A stretch of 64,000 nt of DNA, taken from positions 34,823-98,822 of the forward strand of contig CAYUDX010000011.1 in the NCBI GenBank assembly GCA_964443355.1, given 5' to 3'. The translations under genes and the position numbers were made by a program. The DNA comes from an uncultured Spirochaetia bacterium (GTDB lineage Bacteria; Oederibacteriota; PGYV01; Palsa-1178). Positions 46,581 to 56,777 of this stretch are shown one piece after another (the first letter of the stretch is position 1; every line of letters starts with the position of its first letter). Below the pieces are notes generated by a model. That model saw only the letters and a program-made list of their open reading frames with translations, was not told where the DNA came from and made no database searches.

Positions 46581-48347
46581 ATGAATAAACAATATATTTT
46601 TGTCTGGGAGCCCGCCGCATCAAAGGACAAGCCCGTTTACAATACTTTCGTAAAGCTTGTCAATGAAAAGGGGCTGACGGATTCTTTTGAGGTTATAAGG
46701 AGCCCGTTCATAGGATTTACGACGGACGGGCCCATAGCCAGGGTTATGCCGGATGGCGTCATCTACACCAAATTCAAGGCTGAGGATGCGGACGACATTA
46801 TCAGCGCCCATATGAAGGGCGCAAGGCTAGATAAGTTCGTCCTTTCCTATGACAATAAGTTCCTGCCGATCAAGGAAAAGGATGCGACAAGCAAGCAATT
46901 TAAAATTGTCCTGAGGAACATTGGATACCTCGATCCGGAATCCATCGACGAGTACATAATGAGGGGCGGATACAAGGCCCTTGAAAAGGCGCTTTTTGAC
47001 CTCAATGAGGACAAGGTCATAGTGGAGATGAAGGCATCCGGGCTGCGCGGCAGGGGCGGCGCGGGATTCCCGACCGGCCTGAAATGGGAACTTACAAAAA
47101 AAGAAAAGAACGCGGAAAAATATGTGATATGCAATGCCGATGAAGGAGATCCGGGAGCTTATATGGACAGGAGCGTCCTTGAAGGCGACCCGCATTCCGT
47201 GATCGAGGGCATGATAATCGGCGGTTACGCGGTAGGTTGCACTCGCGGTTTTATTTACATAAGGGCGGAATATCCGCTGGCAATTGAAAGGCTTGAAAAA
47301 GCGCTGAAATCCGCAAGGGAATACGGGCTTCTCGGGAACAACATACTGGGTTCCAGTTTTTCCTTTGACATCGAGCTGCGCTGGGGCGCGGGCGCGTTCG
47401 TGTGCGGCGAAGAAACCGCCCTTATCGCGTCGATCGAGGGAAAAAGGGGAAATCCGAGGCCGCGGCCCCCATTCCCGTCGGTTTCCGGACTCTGGGGAAA
47501 ACCCACTTTTATCAATAATGTAGAGACATGGGCAAACGTTCCCGCAATAGTCGAAAGGGGCGGCGCCTGGTTCGCCTCTATCGGAACTGAAAAATCAAAG
47601 GGGACAAAAGTTTTTGCCGTGACCGGAAAGGTCACGAACCCCGGCCTCGTGGAAGTGCCCATGGGCACGACCATCAGGGAAATAGTTTATGACATTTGCG
47701 GAGGCATCCAGAACGGCAAGAAATTCAAGGCCGTGCAGACAGGCGGGCCGTCCGGAGGCGTCATACCGGAAAAATACCTGGATATGCCCATAGATTACGA
47801 ATCGCTACAATCGATAGGATCCATCATGGGATCAGGCGGCCTCATTGTAATGGATGAGGACGACTGCATGGTCGACGTCAACAAGTTCTACCTGCAGTTC
47901 TCGGTCGACGAATCGTGCGGAAAATGCTCGCCGTGCAGGATAGGCGGCAAGCAGATACTCGAATTGCTCGAAAAAATATCAAAAGGCAACGGCGACCCGG
48001 AGGACATAACGAAGATCAGGTCCATATCGATCGCAATGCAGAAGGCATCGCTTTGCGCCCTCGGCCAGACGACGCCAAACCCGGTCATTTCCGCCCTCAC
48101 TTATTTTGAGGACGAGTATATGGAGCACATTACGGACAAGAAATGCCTGACCGGGAAATGCCGCGACCTCGTTGAATACACGATAATCACGGAAAAATGC
48201 ATCGGCTGCGGGCTTTGCGCGATAAGGTGCCCCGTGAAATGCATCAGCGGAGAGAAACGCAAGCCCTATGTTATAGACAAAAAGCAGTGCATAAAATGCG
48301 GTGAATGCTACAACGTCTGCAAGTTCGACGCCGTAAAGAGAGGATGA
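46581..48347 (+). CDS. HndC/HydB/NuoF-like NAD(P)H-binding FMN flavoprotein subunit with a C-terminal 2×[4Fe-4S] ferredoxin domain
   Basis: GRGGAGFPTG, CNADEGDPGA, SCGKCSPCRIG; C-terminal CIGCGLCAIRCP...CIKCGECYNVC; AGGAGG ribosome-binding site. Confidence 0.9.
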   Translation: MNKQYIFVWEPAASKDKPVYNTFVKLVNEKGLTDSFEVIRSPFIGFTTDGPIARVMPDGVIYTKFKAEDADDIISAHMKGARLDKFVLSYDNKFLPIKEKDATSKQFKIVLRNIGYLDPESIDEYIMRGGYKALEKALFDLNEDKVIVEMKASGLRGRGGAGFPTGLKWELTKKEKNAEKYVICNADEGDPGAYMDRSVLEGDPHSVIEGMIIGGYAVGCTRGFIYIRAEYPLAIERLEKALKSAREYGLLGNNILGSSFSFDIELRWGAGAFVCGEETALIASIEGKRGNPRPRPPFPSVSGLWGKPTFINNVETWANVPAIVERGGAWFASIGTEKSKGTKVFAVTGKVTNPGLVEVPMGTTIREIVYDICGGIQNGKKFKAVQTGGPSGGVIPEKYLDMPIDYESLQSIGSIMGSGGLIVMDEDDCMVDVNKFYLQFSVDESCGKCSPCRIGGKQILELLEKISKGNGDPEDITKIRSISIAMQKASLCALGQTTPNPVISALTYFEDEYMEHITDKKCLTGKCRDLVEYTIITEKCIGCGLCAIRCPVKCISGEKRKPYVIDKKQCIKCGECYNVCKFDAVKRG

Positions 48348-48353
48348 CAAAAC

Positions 48354-50126
48354 ATGTATACAACAAAAACAACCGGTAAAATGATAAACATGAAGATAAA
48401 CGGAAAGGATTATTCGGTCGATTCAGGCATGACCATACTGGAGGCGGCAAGGCTTGCGCACGTCAAGATACCGACGCTCTGCAAGCACGACGACCTGCCC
48501 GCAACCGCGTCATGCGGCATTTGCGTCGTAAAGGCGAAAGGCAACAGAAAACTTCTGCGCGCCTGCTGCACCTACGTGGAACCCAACATGGAGATCACTA
48601 CGCACGACGGCGAGCTTTACCAGGTAAGGAAGAACGTCCTTGACCTGATCCTCTCGTCCCATCCTTTCGTATGCCTGACATGCCTCAGGAACGGGGATTG
48701 CGAACTGCAGACCCTGGCAGAGGAATTCGGCATAAGGTCCAGGCCATACAAGGAAATGCTCCAGGACATCAAAAAAGACACATCCACAAAAGCCGTTGTG
48801 CTTGACCCGATAAAATGCATCCATTGCGGGCGCTGCGTGGAAGTGTGCCAGAACATACAGAAGGTTTACGCCCTTGAATTTTTGGACAGGGGATTTGAAT
48901 CCAGGATAGCCCCGGCAGGAGACATTTCGCTATCCGATTCGCCGTGCATTAAATGCGGACAGTGCTCGGCGCATTGCCCGGTGGGCGCGCTTGTCGAGTT
49001 CAGCGAGATTCCGAAGGTCTGGGACGCGCTAGGAAATCCCGACGTTTACCCCATAGTTCAGATAGCGCCGGCTGTAAGGGTGGCAATAGGAGAGGCTTTC
49101 GGATTGCCTTCCGGCACGATCCTTACCAAGAAACTTTACGCCCTTTTCAGAAGACTCGGTTTTAAGGCTGTTTTTGACACAAATTTCGGGGCCGACCTGA
49201 CGATCATGGAAGAAGGCTCGGAACTGATTGAAAGGATCAAGACCGGCAACGGCGCAATGCCCCTTATCACAAGCTGCTGCCCGGCATGGGTTGATTTCCT
49301 TGAAAAATATTATCCGGACCTCATCGAACATTTTTCCACGGCCAAGTCGCCGCATGAAATGGTCGGAGCGCTGGCGAAAACATACTATGCGCAAAAGGCC
49401 GGGATAGACCCTTCAAAAATGTTCGTTGTCTCGGTAATGCCCTGCACTGCAAAGAAATACGAGGTATCAAGGACCGCGGACATGAGTTCGTCGGGTTTCC
49501 AGGATGTCGACGTATCCATCACGACGAGGGAACTTGTCAGGATGATAAAATCAAGCGGCATCAAGATGCTTGAACTCGATGATGAAGAGGCTGATTCCAT
49601 TCTGGGGACATACACCGGCGCCGGCACCATATTCGGCGCCACCGGAGGCGTCATGGAAGCCGCCATAAGGACCGCATACTTTTTGCTCACCAATAAGAAC
49701 CTTGACAACATCAATGTCGAAGTCGTCAGGGGCTTGACAGGGGTAAAAAGCGGCGTCATAGACGCCGGCGGGACAAAGATACGAGTGGCGGTCGCCCACG
49801 GCACGGGGAATGTGCGCGCCGTCATGGATGAATTGCGCGCCGCGAAAAAGGCGGGAGCGCCTATGCCGTACGACTTTATAGAAGTCATGGCATGCGAAGG
49901 CGGATGCATAGCAGGCGGAGGACAGCCATACCGTGTCACCAATGCCGTGAGAAAAACAAGGACCGAAGGCATATACAAGGACGACGTGCAGTCAAAACTC
50001 AGGCAGTCTCATGAAAATCCGGACGTACAGAAACTTTACAAGGATTTCCTCGAGAAACCGCTTTCACACAAGGCGCATAAGCTGCTCCATAACCATTACT
50101 CGGCAAGGCCGATCTATTACAAATAG
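48354..50126 (+). CDS. hydA: [FeFe] hydrogenase catalytic subunit HydA/HndD, M3-type, canonical H-cluster motifs
   Basis: L1 TSCCPAW, L2 MPCTAKKYE, L3 EVMACEGGCIAGGGQP; N-terminal 2Fe-2S/4Fe-4S accessory domains. Confidence 0.95.
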   Translation: MYTTKTTGKMINMKINGKDYSVDSGMTILEAARLAHVKIPTLCKHDDLPATASCGICVVKAKGNRKLLRACCTYVEPNMEITTHDGELYQVRKNVLDLILSSHPFVCLTCLRNGDCELQTLAEEFGIRSRPYKEMLQDIKKDTSTKAVVLDPIKCIHCGRCVEVCQNIQKVYALEFLDRGFESRIAPAGDISLSDSPCIKCGQCSAHCPVGALVEFSEIPKVWDALGNPDVYPIVQIAPAVRVAIGEAFGLPSGTILTKKLYALFRRLGFKAVFDTNFGADLTIMEEGSELIERIKTGNGAMPLITSCCPAWVDFLEKYYPDLIEHFSTAKSPHEMVGALAKTYYAQKAGIDPSKMFVVSVMPCTAKKYEVSRTADMSSSGFQDVDVSITTRELVRMIKSSGIKMLELDDEEADSILGTYTGAGTIFGATGGVMEAAIRTAYFLLTNKNLDNINVEVVRGLTGVKSGVIDAGGTKIRVAVAHGTGNVRAVMDELRAAKKAGAPMPYDFIEVMACEGGCIAGGGQPYRVTNAVRKTRTEGIYKDDVQSKLRQSHENPDVQKLYKDFLEKPLSHKAHKLLHNHYSARPIYYK

Positions 50127-50159
50127 GTCAAAGATAAACTAAATTTCTTTCGTTTTAAC

Positions 50160-50198
50160 GGCGGCCGGGCGGATAAAACCACCCGGCCGTTTTTTTTT
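50160..50198 (+). terminator. Rho-independent terminator after hydA
   Basis: cggccggg...cccggccg stem followed by T9. Confidence 0.8.
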
Positions 50199-50304
50199 AA
50201 AAACCTTTTAAATCCTACTAAAATGGTAATATTTAATTTGAAATTTCCTTGAAAATCGGGTATAATTTGATGTATAATATATCAATTAATAAAACAAAAA
50301 GGTC

Positions 50305-51783
50305 GTGAAGAGCATGCTTACACAAAAACAGTTATCCTGGAAACAGGACAGGATACGTCAGGTCATGAAGTATCTTGATGAGGAAAAAAGGCCGGATTTT
50401 ATCGACGACGGCCTCATAGAAGGGCTGATCGCGGCGCCTTCGGCCATTGACAGGGTGAAAATATCCGAACTTTTGACGAAAGCAAAGGCGTTAAAAGGGC
50501 TTACGCCCGGGGAAGCCGCATACCTTATGAACATAAACGACAATGACATCTGGAATGAAATATTTGCCACAGCAATGGAAGTAAAATTGTCGGTTTACGG
50601 CAACAGGATAGTTCTTTTCGCTCCGTTATACATTTCGGATGAATGCGTCAACGACTGCGTTTATTGCGGCTACAGGAGCTCGAACAAGGAAATAAACCAC
50701 CAGGGGCTCACCGACGATGAATTAAGGGCGGAAATCAGGGCTATGACCGACATGGGGCAGAAAAGGATAGTGGCGGTTTACGGCGAAGGGCCGGAAAACG
50801 ACGCCGATTATATCGCGCACAGCATGGAAGTCATATATTCGGTGAAAAACGGAAGAGGCGAGATCAGGCGTGTGAACATCAACGCGGCCCCGCTTTTCGT
50901 GGACGAATACAAGAAAATAAAAGCCGCCGGCATCGGGACGTTCCAGGTATTTCAGGAAACCTATAATAAGGCCAGGTATAAGCAGCTTCACGGGACCGAC
51001 AACGTAAAAAGCATCTATAAATGGCGGCTTTTGTCGCAGCACCGGGCTCAGGAGGCGGGGATATCCGACGTTGCAATAGGGGCCCTTTTCGGGATATATG
51101 ACTGGAGATTTGAGGTCATGGGACTGCTTTATCATGCCGCAGACATGGACAGGGAATTCGGCGTAGGGTCGCATACAATATCGTTTCCGCGGCTGAATCC
51201 GGCGTTGAACACCCCTTTTTACACAAAGAACCAATATAAAGTTACGGACGAGGACATGAAAAAGATAATAGCCATACTCAGGCTTTCCGTGCCTTATACC
51301 GGGTTGATACTTACTGCAAGGGAGAATCCGCAGCTTAGGCATGACCTTATAAAGCTCGGTGTCTCGCAGATCGACGCCGGTTCAAATATAGCAATCGGCG
51401 GTTACCAGAAGGGCAGGGATGCTTCAAAGGAACAGTTCCAACTTTCCGACAACCGCTCGCTGGATGATTGCATTTCAGAGCTGGTGGACGAAGGCTACAT
51501 ACCCTCGTTTTGCACGGCGGATTACAGGTGCGGCAGGGTCGGATGCGAGTTCATGGAGCTGGCAAAATCGGGGAAAATCAAGAATTTATGCATACCCAAC
51601 GCGGTGTTGACATTCGAGGAATACCTGCTCGATTACGCTTCGCCGGCTGTAAAGGATAAGGGCGAGAAGCTCCTGGCGGGTTATGTGAAATTTGTCAGGG
51701 AAAGCTACTCCGCGGTAATGGCAAAAAACGTTGAAGATTATCTTGTCAGGATAAAGAACGGAGAGAGAGATCTGTACTTTTAA
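50305..51783 (+). CDS. hydG: [FeFe] hydrogenase maturase HydG (radical SAM tyrosine lyase)
   Basis: CVNDCVYCGY radical-SAM motif, ThiH-like core, C-terminal Cys-rich (CTADYRCGRVGCEF) auxiliary cluster region; start ambiguous (GTG 50305 or ATG 50314). Confidence 0.85.
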   Translation: MKSMLTQKQLSWKQDRIRQVMKYLDEEKRPDFIDDGLIEGLIAAPSAIDRVKISELLTKAKALKGLTPGEAAYLMNINDNDIWNEIFATAMEVKLSVYGNRIVLFAPLYISDECVNDCVYCGYRSSNKEINHQGLTDDELRAEIRAMTDMGQKRIVAVYGEGPENDADYIAHSMEVIYSVKNGRGEIRRVNINAAPLFVDEYKKIKAAGIGTFQVFQETYNKARYKQLHGTDNVKSIYKWRLLSQHRAQEAGISDVAIGALFGIYDWRFEVMGLLYHAADMDREFGVGSHTISFPRLNPALNTPFYTKNQYKVTDEDMKKIIAILRLSVPYTGLILTARENPQLRHDLIKLGVSQIDAGSNIAIGGYQKGRDASKEQFQLSDNRSLDDCISELVDEGYIPSFCTADYRCGRVGCEFMELAKSGKIKNLCIPNAVLTFEEYLLDYASPAVKDKGEKLLAGYVKFVRESYSAVMAKNVEDYLVRIKNGERDLYF

Positions 51784-51814
51784 CCGTAATCCATCAACAT
51801 GAATGGGGCCAATA

Positions 51815-53227
51815 ATGAGGATTGAGAAGGATATGCTGGGGGAAAAAGAAATTCCCGACGACAAATATTACGGGATACACACGCTGCGTGCAATGGAAAA
51901 TTTCGGCCCCGCAATCGAGGCCATAGACCCCGTATTTATCAAAGGTTATTTGTTCGTAAAAAAAGCCGCCTGCCTGACCAATATCGAGATAAAAACCCTT
52001 GACGAAAGACGCGGCAGGGCCATTATAGGGGCCATAGACGCCCTGCTTGCTTCCCGAGATCATTCGCAGATATGCGTGAATCCGCTATCCGGAGGGGCAG
52101 GCACGTCGATAAACATGAACGTGAACGAAGTCATAGCCAACATGGCGCTTGAACTTGCAGGAAGAAAAAAAGGGGACTACGCTTTTATAAGCCCGCTTGA
52201 CCACGTCAATATGCACCAGTCCACCAACGACACCTTCCCGACGGCCCTGCGCGTGGCAATGATGCTGCGTCTGAAAACCCTTGAGAATGCCCTTATTTCG
52301 CTCCAGGAGTCCCTGCAGGCGCGTGAAAAGGAGTTCTCCGACGTTGTACGGCTGGCAAGGACAGAGCTCATGGATGCCCTGCCGACGACCGTAGGAATGC
52401 AATTCTCCGCATACGCCGAGGCAATAGGCCGCGACAGGTGGAGGATCTTCAAGTCGGAAGAACGCATCAAGACGGTGAACCTCGGAGGAACGGCAATAGG
52501 AACCGGTTTTGGAGCTCCGCAGGAATATATTTTCAGGGCATGGCAGCATTTGAAGGCCCTTTCAGGGCTCTCCCTTACAAGGGCGGAGAATCTGGTCGAC
52601 TCAACCCAGAATTTCGACCAGATAATCGAGGTAATGGCCATGGTAAAAGCGCTGGCCGTCAACATTATGAAGATATCAGGGGATATAAGGCTTTCCGCAT
52701 CCGGGCCGGAAGGCGGGCTGGGAGAATTTATTTTACCGTCCCTTCAGGAGGGTTCCTCAATAATGGCCGGCAAAGTAAACCCTGTAATCGCGGAATTCTG
52801 CGCTCAGTCATCACTGCAGGTCATAGCAAACGATTCTGCAATTGCCACGGCAGCCGGGCTCGGAAATCTTGACCTTAACCAGTACGCGCCACTTATAGCG
52901 CATATGTCACTTAAGAACCTTAACCTTATGGAAATGTCGGTAAGTTTGTTGGACCAGAAGCTTGTTAGAGGAATCAAACTAAGCATGGACAGGATCAATA
53001 ATAACCTTCACGGCTCCCTGGCCATATTGACATATTTAAGCCTGACAATAGGCCATGACAGGGCTTCCGAGACCGCCTTTAAGATGAAAGAGACCGGAAA
53101 AAGCGCCCGCGAGATCCTTGATGAAAGCGGCATCTTAAGCGTCCAGAAATATGACGAACTTGTCCGGCCCGAAAATATCAGGATGCTTGGGATAAAGACC
53201 GGTTCCAAGGGAGACTTATCCACATGA
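51815..53227 (+). CDS. Aspartate ammonia-lyase / class II fumarase-family lyase
   Basis: Fumarate-lyase signature GSSIMAGKVNP; ~470 aa; embedded between hydG and hydF. Confidence 0.8.
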   Translation: MRIEKDMLGEKEIPDDKYYGIHTLRAMENFGPAIEAIDPVFIKGYLFVKKAACLTNIEIKTLDERRGRAIIGAIDALLASRDHSQICVNPLSGGAGTSINMNVNEVIANMALELAGRKKGDYAFISPLDHVNMHQSTNDTFPTALRVAMMLRLKTLENALISLQESLQAREKEFSDVVRLARTELMDALPTTVGMQFSAYAEAIGRDRWRIFKSEERIKTVNLGGTAIGTGFGAPQEYIFRAWQHLKALSGLSLTRAENLVDSTQNFDQIIEVMAMVKALAVNIMKISGDIRLSASGPEGGLGEFILPSLQEGSSIMAGKVNPVIAEFCAQSSLQVIANDSAIATAAGLGNLDLNQYAPLIAHMSLKNLNLMEMSVSLLDQKLVRGIKLSMDRINNNLHGSLAILTYLSLTIGHDRASETAFKMKETGKSAREILDESGILSVQKYDELVRPENIRMLGIKTGSKGDLST

Positions 53228-54438
53228 CGCAGACCCCGTCGGCCAACAGGTTGCAGATAGGTATCTTTGGAAGGCGCAATGCCGGAAAATCTTCCTTCAT
53301 AAACGCCCTTACGGGACAAAATTTGGCCATTGTTTCGGATACTCCGGGCACCACAACAGACCCTGTAGCCAAGGCTGTGGAGATACGCGGATTGGGGTCG
53401 GTTATGCTCTATGATACGGCAGGTTTGGACGATACAGGAGAGCTTGGTGACAAGAGGGTGGCCAGGTCAAGAGAGGTCATGAAGAAGGTTAACTTCGGGG
53501 TCATTATTACCACCTATTCCTCGTGTGGCAAGCTCGAAGAAGAGCTCATAAATGAGTTCAAAAATACGGGTAAAACATGCATTGTTTTGTTCAACAAAAT
53601 AGACATTGAACAAAAGGATGAAGAAAAAGAAAAAATCTTTAAAAACAATAAAACAAACTATTTTTCTTTAAGCGCCACCACAGGACAAAACATTGACGAA
53701 ATTAGGAGCCTGATAGTCCGACTTTGTTCAGAACTTCAGGCTGAAGATTCCACGATATTGGGGGATCTTATAAGCCAGGGAAGTTTGGTCGTTCTTGTCG
53801 TACCAATTGACCTTGGCGCGCCAAAGGGCAGGCTTATTTTACCCCAGGTCCAGGTCATCAGGGACATCCTGGACAATGACGCCATTGCCGTAACTGTGAA
53901 GGAACGGGAACTGCAATATACGCTAAAAACTTTGGGTCAAAAACCGGCATTGGTGGTATGCGATTCTCAGGTGGTTTTAAAGGCTGCAGGAGACGTACCG
54001 GACGGCATAAAACTCACCACTTTTTCCATTCTTTTTTCCCGACTCAAGGGCGACCTGGCTGAACTTGTCAGGGGAGTCAAGACTGTGGATAACTTAAAGG
54101 ACGGTGACAGGGTTCTTATCATGGAGGCCTGCACTCATCACGCTCAGGCTGATGATATCGGCCGGGTAAAAATCCCCCGTTGGTTAAGGCAATACACGGG
54201 CAAGAACCTTGAATTTGAATCGAACGCCGGCCCCTATGTGAGCAAGGATTTGAGCCGCTATAAACTCATAATTGCCTGCGGCGGCTGCATGATAAACCGG
54301 CAGGAAATGCTCTCCAGGATGAAGGACTCGGCAGCCTTAAACGTGCCCATGACCAATTACGGTGTCCTGATTTCATACGTCCAGGGAGTGGCTAAAAGGG
54401 TACTTGAACCTTTCCCGGAAACGCGGGGGATATTATAA
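53224..54438 (+). CDS. hydF: [FeFe] hydrogenase maturase HydF (GTPase scaffold)
   Basis: G1 GRRNAGKSS, G3 DTAG; C-terminal CxH...HCxxC-type cluster motif (EACTHHAQ...ACGGCM); ATGA overlap with the upstream gene. Confidence 0.9.
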   Translation: MTQTPSANRLQIGIFGRRNAGKSSFINALTGQNLAIVSDTPGTTTDPVAKAVEIRGLGSVMLYDTAGLDDTGELGDKRVARSREVMKKVNFGVIITTYSSCGKLEEELINEFKNTGKTCIVLFNKIDIEQKDEEKEKIFKNNKTNYFSLSATTGQNIDEIRSLIVRLCSELQAEDSTILGDLISQGSLVVLVVPIDLGAPKGRLILPQVQVIRDILDNDAIAVTVKERELQYTLKTLGQKPALVVCDSQVVLKAAGDVPDGIKLTTFSILFSRLKGDLAELVRGVKTVDNLKDGDRVLIMEACTHHAQADDIGRVKIPRWLRQYTGKNLEFESNAGPYVSKDLSRYKLIIACGGCMINRQEMLSRMKDSAALNVPMTNYGVLISYVQGVAKRVLEPFPETRGIL

Positions 54439-54714
54439 ACAGGCATTCTGTATGGGCCGCCCTATGTGGCGGCCCGGCATTGGTTTTGCTGTGTCGGTAT
54501 TGTGGCCTTGAAACTGTTGTTGCGGGACAGGCGGAATTTTTTTACGGCACTGCCGTCCGAAGCTTTGCTTGAGGCAGATCGGAACAAAGACCTGGAAATT
54601 AAAGTTTTACCTTTGCTTAATTTACAAAGTAGTTTTTGTTGGACGTTTGGCCGAAAAAAGTTCCGCCTGTCCCGCGCAGGTTTCCTGATGATAAAAGGAT
54701 CATGGTGAATTACA

Positions 54715-55752
54715 ATGGACAAAACAACAGAATATATTAAACAAATAACCGCCGGCAACGCCACGGCTGAAAATATTACATACCTGCTTTCAATACCCAC
54801 GCGCGAGGAATTCAGGCCTGTTTTTGACGAATCGGCCCGCATATGCAAAAGGTATTTTGGCGACCGGGTTTTCATGCGCGGTATAATTGAATTTTCCAAT
54901 TATTGCCGAAAGGGGTGTTATTATTGCGGCATAAATCGGGCAAATAAAAATATAGGACGCTACAGGATCCCGCTTGAGGAAATTATCGAAGCCGCTGTTT
55001 TCATGAAAAAGAACAGGGCCATGACCGTTGTCCTGCAGTCCGGCGAGGACCCGGGGTACGACAGGATTCTCATGGAAGCCATACGGACAATAAAAAACAA
55101 GCTTAATATGGCCGTGACCATATCTGTCGGCGAAAGGGAGCCTGATGTCTACAGGCAATTCCTTAAGGCCGGGGCGGACAGGTATCTGCTGCGAATAGAG
55201 ACCACAGACAGGGTCTTATTCAAGAAACTCCATCCGGACGATGACCTGCAATACCGTAAAAAGTGCCTTTATGCCCTCAAGAAGCTCGGTTTTGAGGTAG
55301 GGACGGGAATTATGGTGGGTTTACCCGGGCAGAGCCTGGAATCGATAGCTGACGATCTTTTGTTCTTTAGGGAACTTAACCCCGCAATGGTTGGCATCGG
55401 GCCGTTTTTGGCCCATAAGGAGACAAAGCTTAAGGATTTTAAGAACACGGACATATTTCCCACGCTTAAGACACTGGCCTTAATACGGCTGATACTCCCG
55501 AAATCAAACCTTCCTGCCACCACTGCAATGGGAACAATATCTCCTACGGGAAGGCAACAGGCCCTGAAGATCGGCGCCAATGTCATAATGCCTAATTTTA
55601 CCCCGTCCAAATACCGCGAAAGATACAAGCTTTACGACAACAAGATATGCGTCTCCGAGGAATACGGAAAATGCGCTTCCTGCACATCGGCCATAGCAAT
55701 GGCAGCCGGTAAGCGCATAGTCAAGAGCAAAGGCTATTCCAGGAACAAATGA
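54715..55752 (+). CDS. hydE: [FeFe] hydrogenase maturase HydE (radical SAM, BioB-like)
   Basis: CRKGCYYCG radical-SAM motif; ~345 aa biotin-synthase-like. Confidence 0.85.
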   Translation: MDKTTEYIKQITAGNATAENITYLLSIPTREEFRPVFDESARICKRYFGDRVFMRGIIEFSNYCRKGCYYCGINRANKNIGRYRIPLEEIIEAAVFMKKNRAMTVVLQSGEDPGYDRILMEAIRTIKNKLNMAVTISVGEREPDVYRQFLKAGADRYLLRIETTDRVLFKKLHPDDDLQYRKKCLYALKKLGFEVGTGIMVGLPGQSLESIADDLLFFRELNPAMVGIGPFLAHKETKLKDFKNTDIFPTLKTLALIRLILPKSNLPATTAMGTISPTGRQQALKIGANVIMPNFTPSKYRERYKLYDNKICVSEEYGKCASCTSAIAMAAGKRIVKSKGYSRNK

Positions 55753-56684
55753 ATACGACGCCAAAGATCACTGCCCTTGATTTTGAGACCGCAAATTATT
55801 TCAGGGGAAGCATCTGCGCGGCCGGAGTTGCCGTGATCGAGGACGGCCGCATCGGCGCGACAAAACGCTGGCTGATAAAACCCGGCAATAAATGTTCCGC
55901 TTTCATCCCGGAATTCATAAAAATACATTCCATTACCCCGGACACGGTAAAAAATGCCCCTTCGTTCGTTGAAATATTCCCGGAACTCAGGCAATACCTT
56001 GAAGGGGCCGTCGTAATAGCGCATAACTCATCGTTTGACATGACTGCATTAAGGGATGTGCTGACACTTTATTCCGTGGAATTCCCGGAATTTCAATATG
56101 GATGCACCCTTAAATTATCGAAAAAAGTGTGGAAAAACATGGCGGGTTACAGCCTTGATAAGGTGTGCTCGGCTTTGAACCATTCGTTCAACCACCATGA
56201 CGCCTTGGAAGACGCGGTGGCGTGCGCGCAAATATTTCTCGGAGCGGTAAAGGAACTCGGGGACGTGCGGAAGGCATTGCACATCATGGATATGAATAAA
56301 ATATTTCCCGGACAGCCTCACGCAATGGGCCGTATTTATGCGGCCAACGGTTTCGGGGAGCGGGTGGACATCAGGTCGATCAAGCCCGGAGTTGAAAAAT
56401 TCGACGAGACAAACCCCCTTTTCGGGAAAAAAGTCGTATTCACCGGCACCCTGTCGATGCCGCGCCAGGAGGCAATGCAGGAGGCGGTCGACCTCGGGGC
56501 CAGATTGGGGAATTCAGTGACCCGCGACACGGATTTTCTTGTCACGGGAGAGCGCGACGCCAGGTTCATGGCAAAAGGAATCATTGAAAGCGCAAAGACA
56601 AAAAAGGCAGGAGAATACGCTGCAGGAGGTTCGGCTATAAAGGTGATAAACGAGGCGCAGTTCATGGCTTTGATAGGGAGGTAG
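55749..56684 (+). CDS. DnaQ-like DEDDh 3'-5' exonuclease fused to a C-terminal BRCT domain
   Basis: Exo motifs ALDFETAN (I), HNSSFDMTAL (II), HHDALEDAVA (III); C-terminal KKVVFTGTLSMPRQEA...FLVTGE BRCT pattern; ATGA overlap with hydE. Confidence 0.75.
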   Translation: MNTTPKITALDFETANYFRGSICAAGVAVIEDGRIGATKRWLIKPGNKCSAFIPEFIKIHSITPDTVKNAPSFVEIFPELRQYLEGAVVIAHNSSFDMTALRDVLTLYSVEFPEFQYGCTLKLSKKVWKNMAGYSLDKVCSALNHSFNHHDALEDAVACAQIFLGAVKELGDVRKALHIMDMNKIFPGQPHAMGRIYAANGFGERVDIRSIKPGVEKFDETNPLFGKKVVFTGTLSMPRQEAMQEAVDLGARLGNSVTRDTDFLVTGERDARFMAKGIIESAKTKKAGEYAAGGSAIKVINEAQFMALIGR

Positions 56685-56777
56685 CGCCGCTGCTTTTTTT
56701 GTTGTTGAAATTACACTCCCGAAAGCTTAATATAGTCAATGTTTAATATACCCCATGATCCGGGCTTTGAGGTGAGA

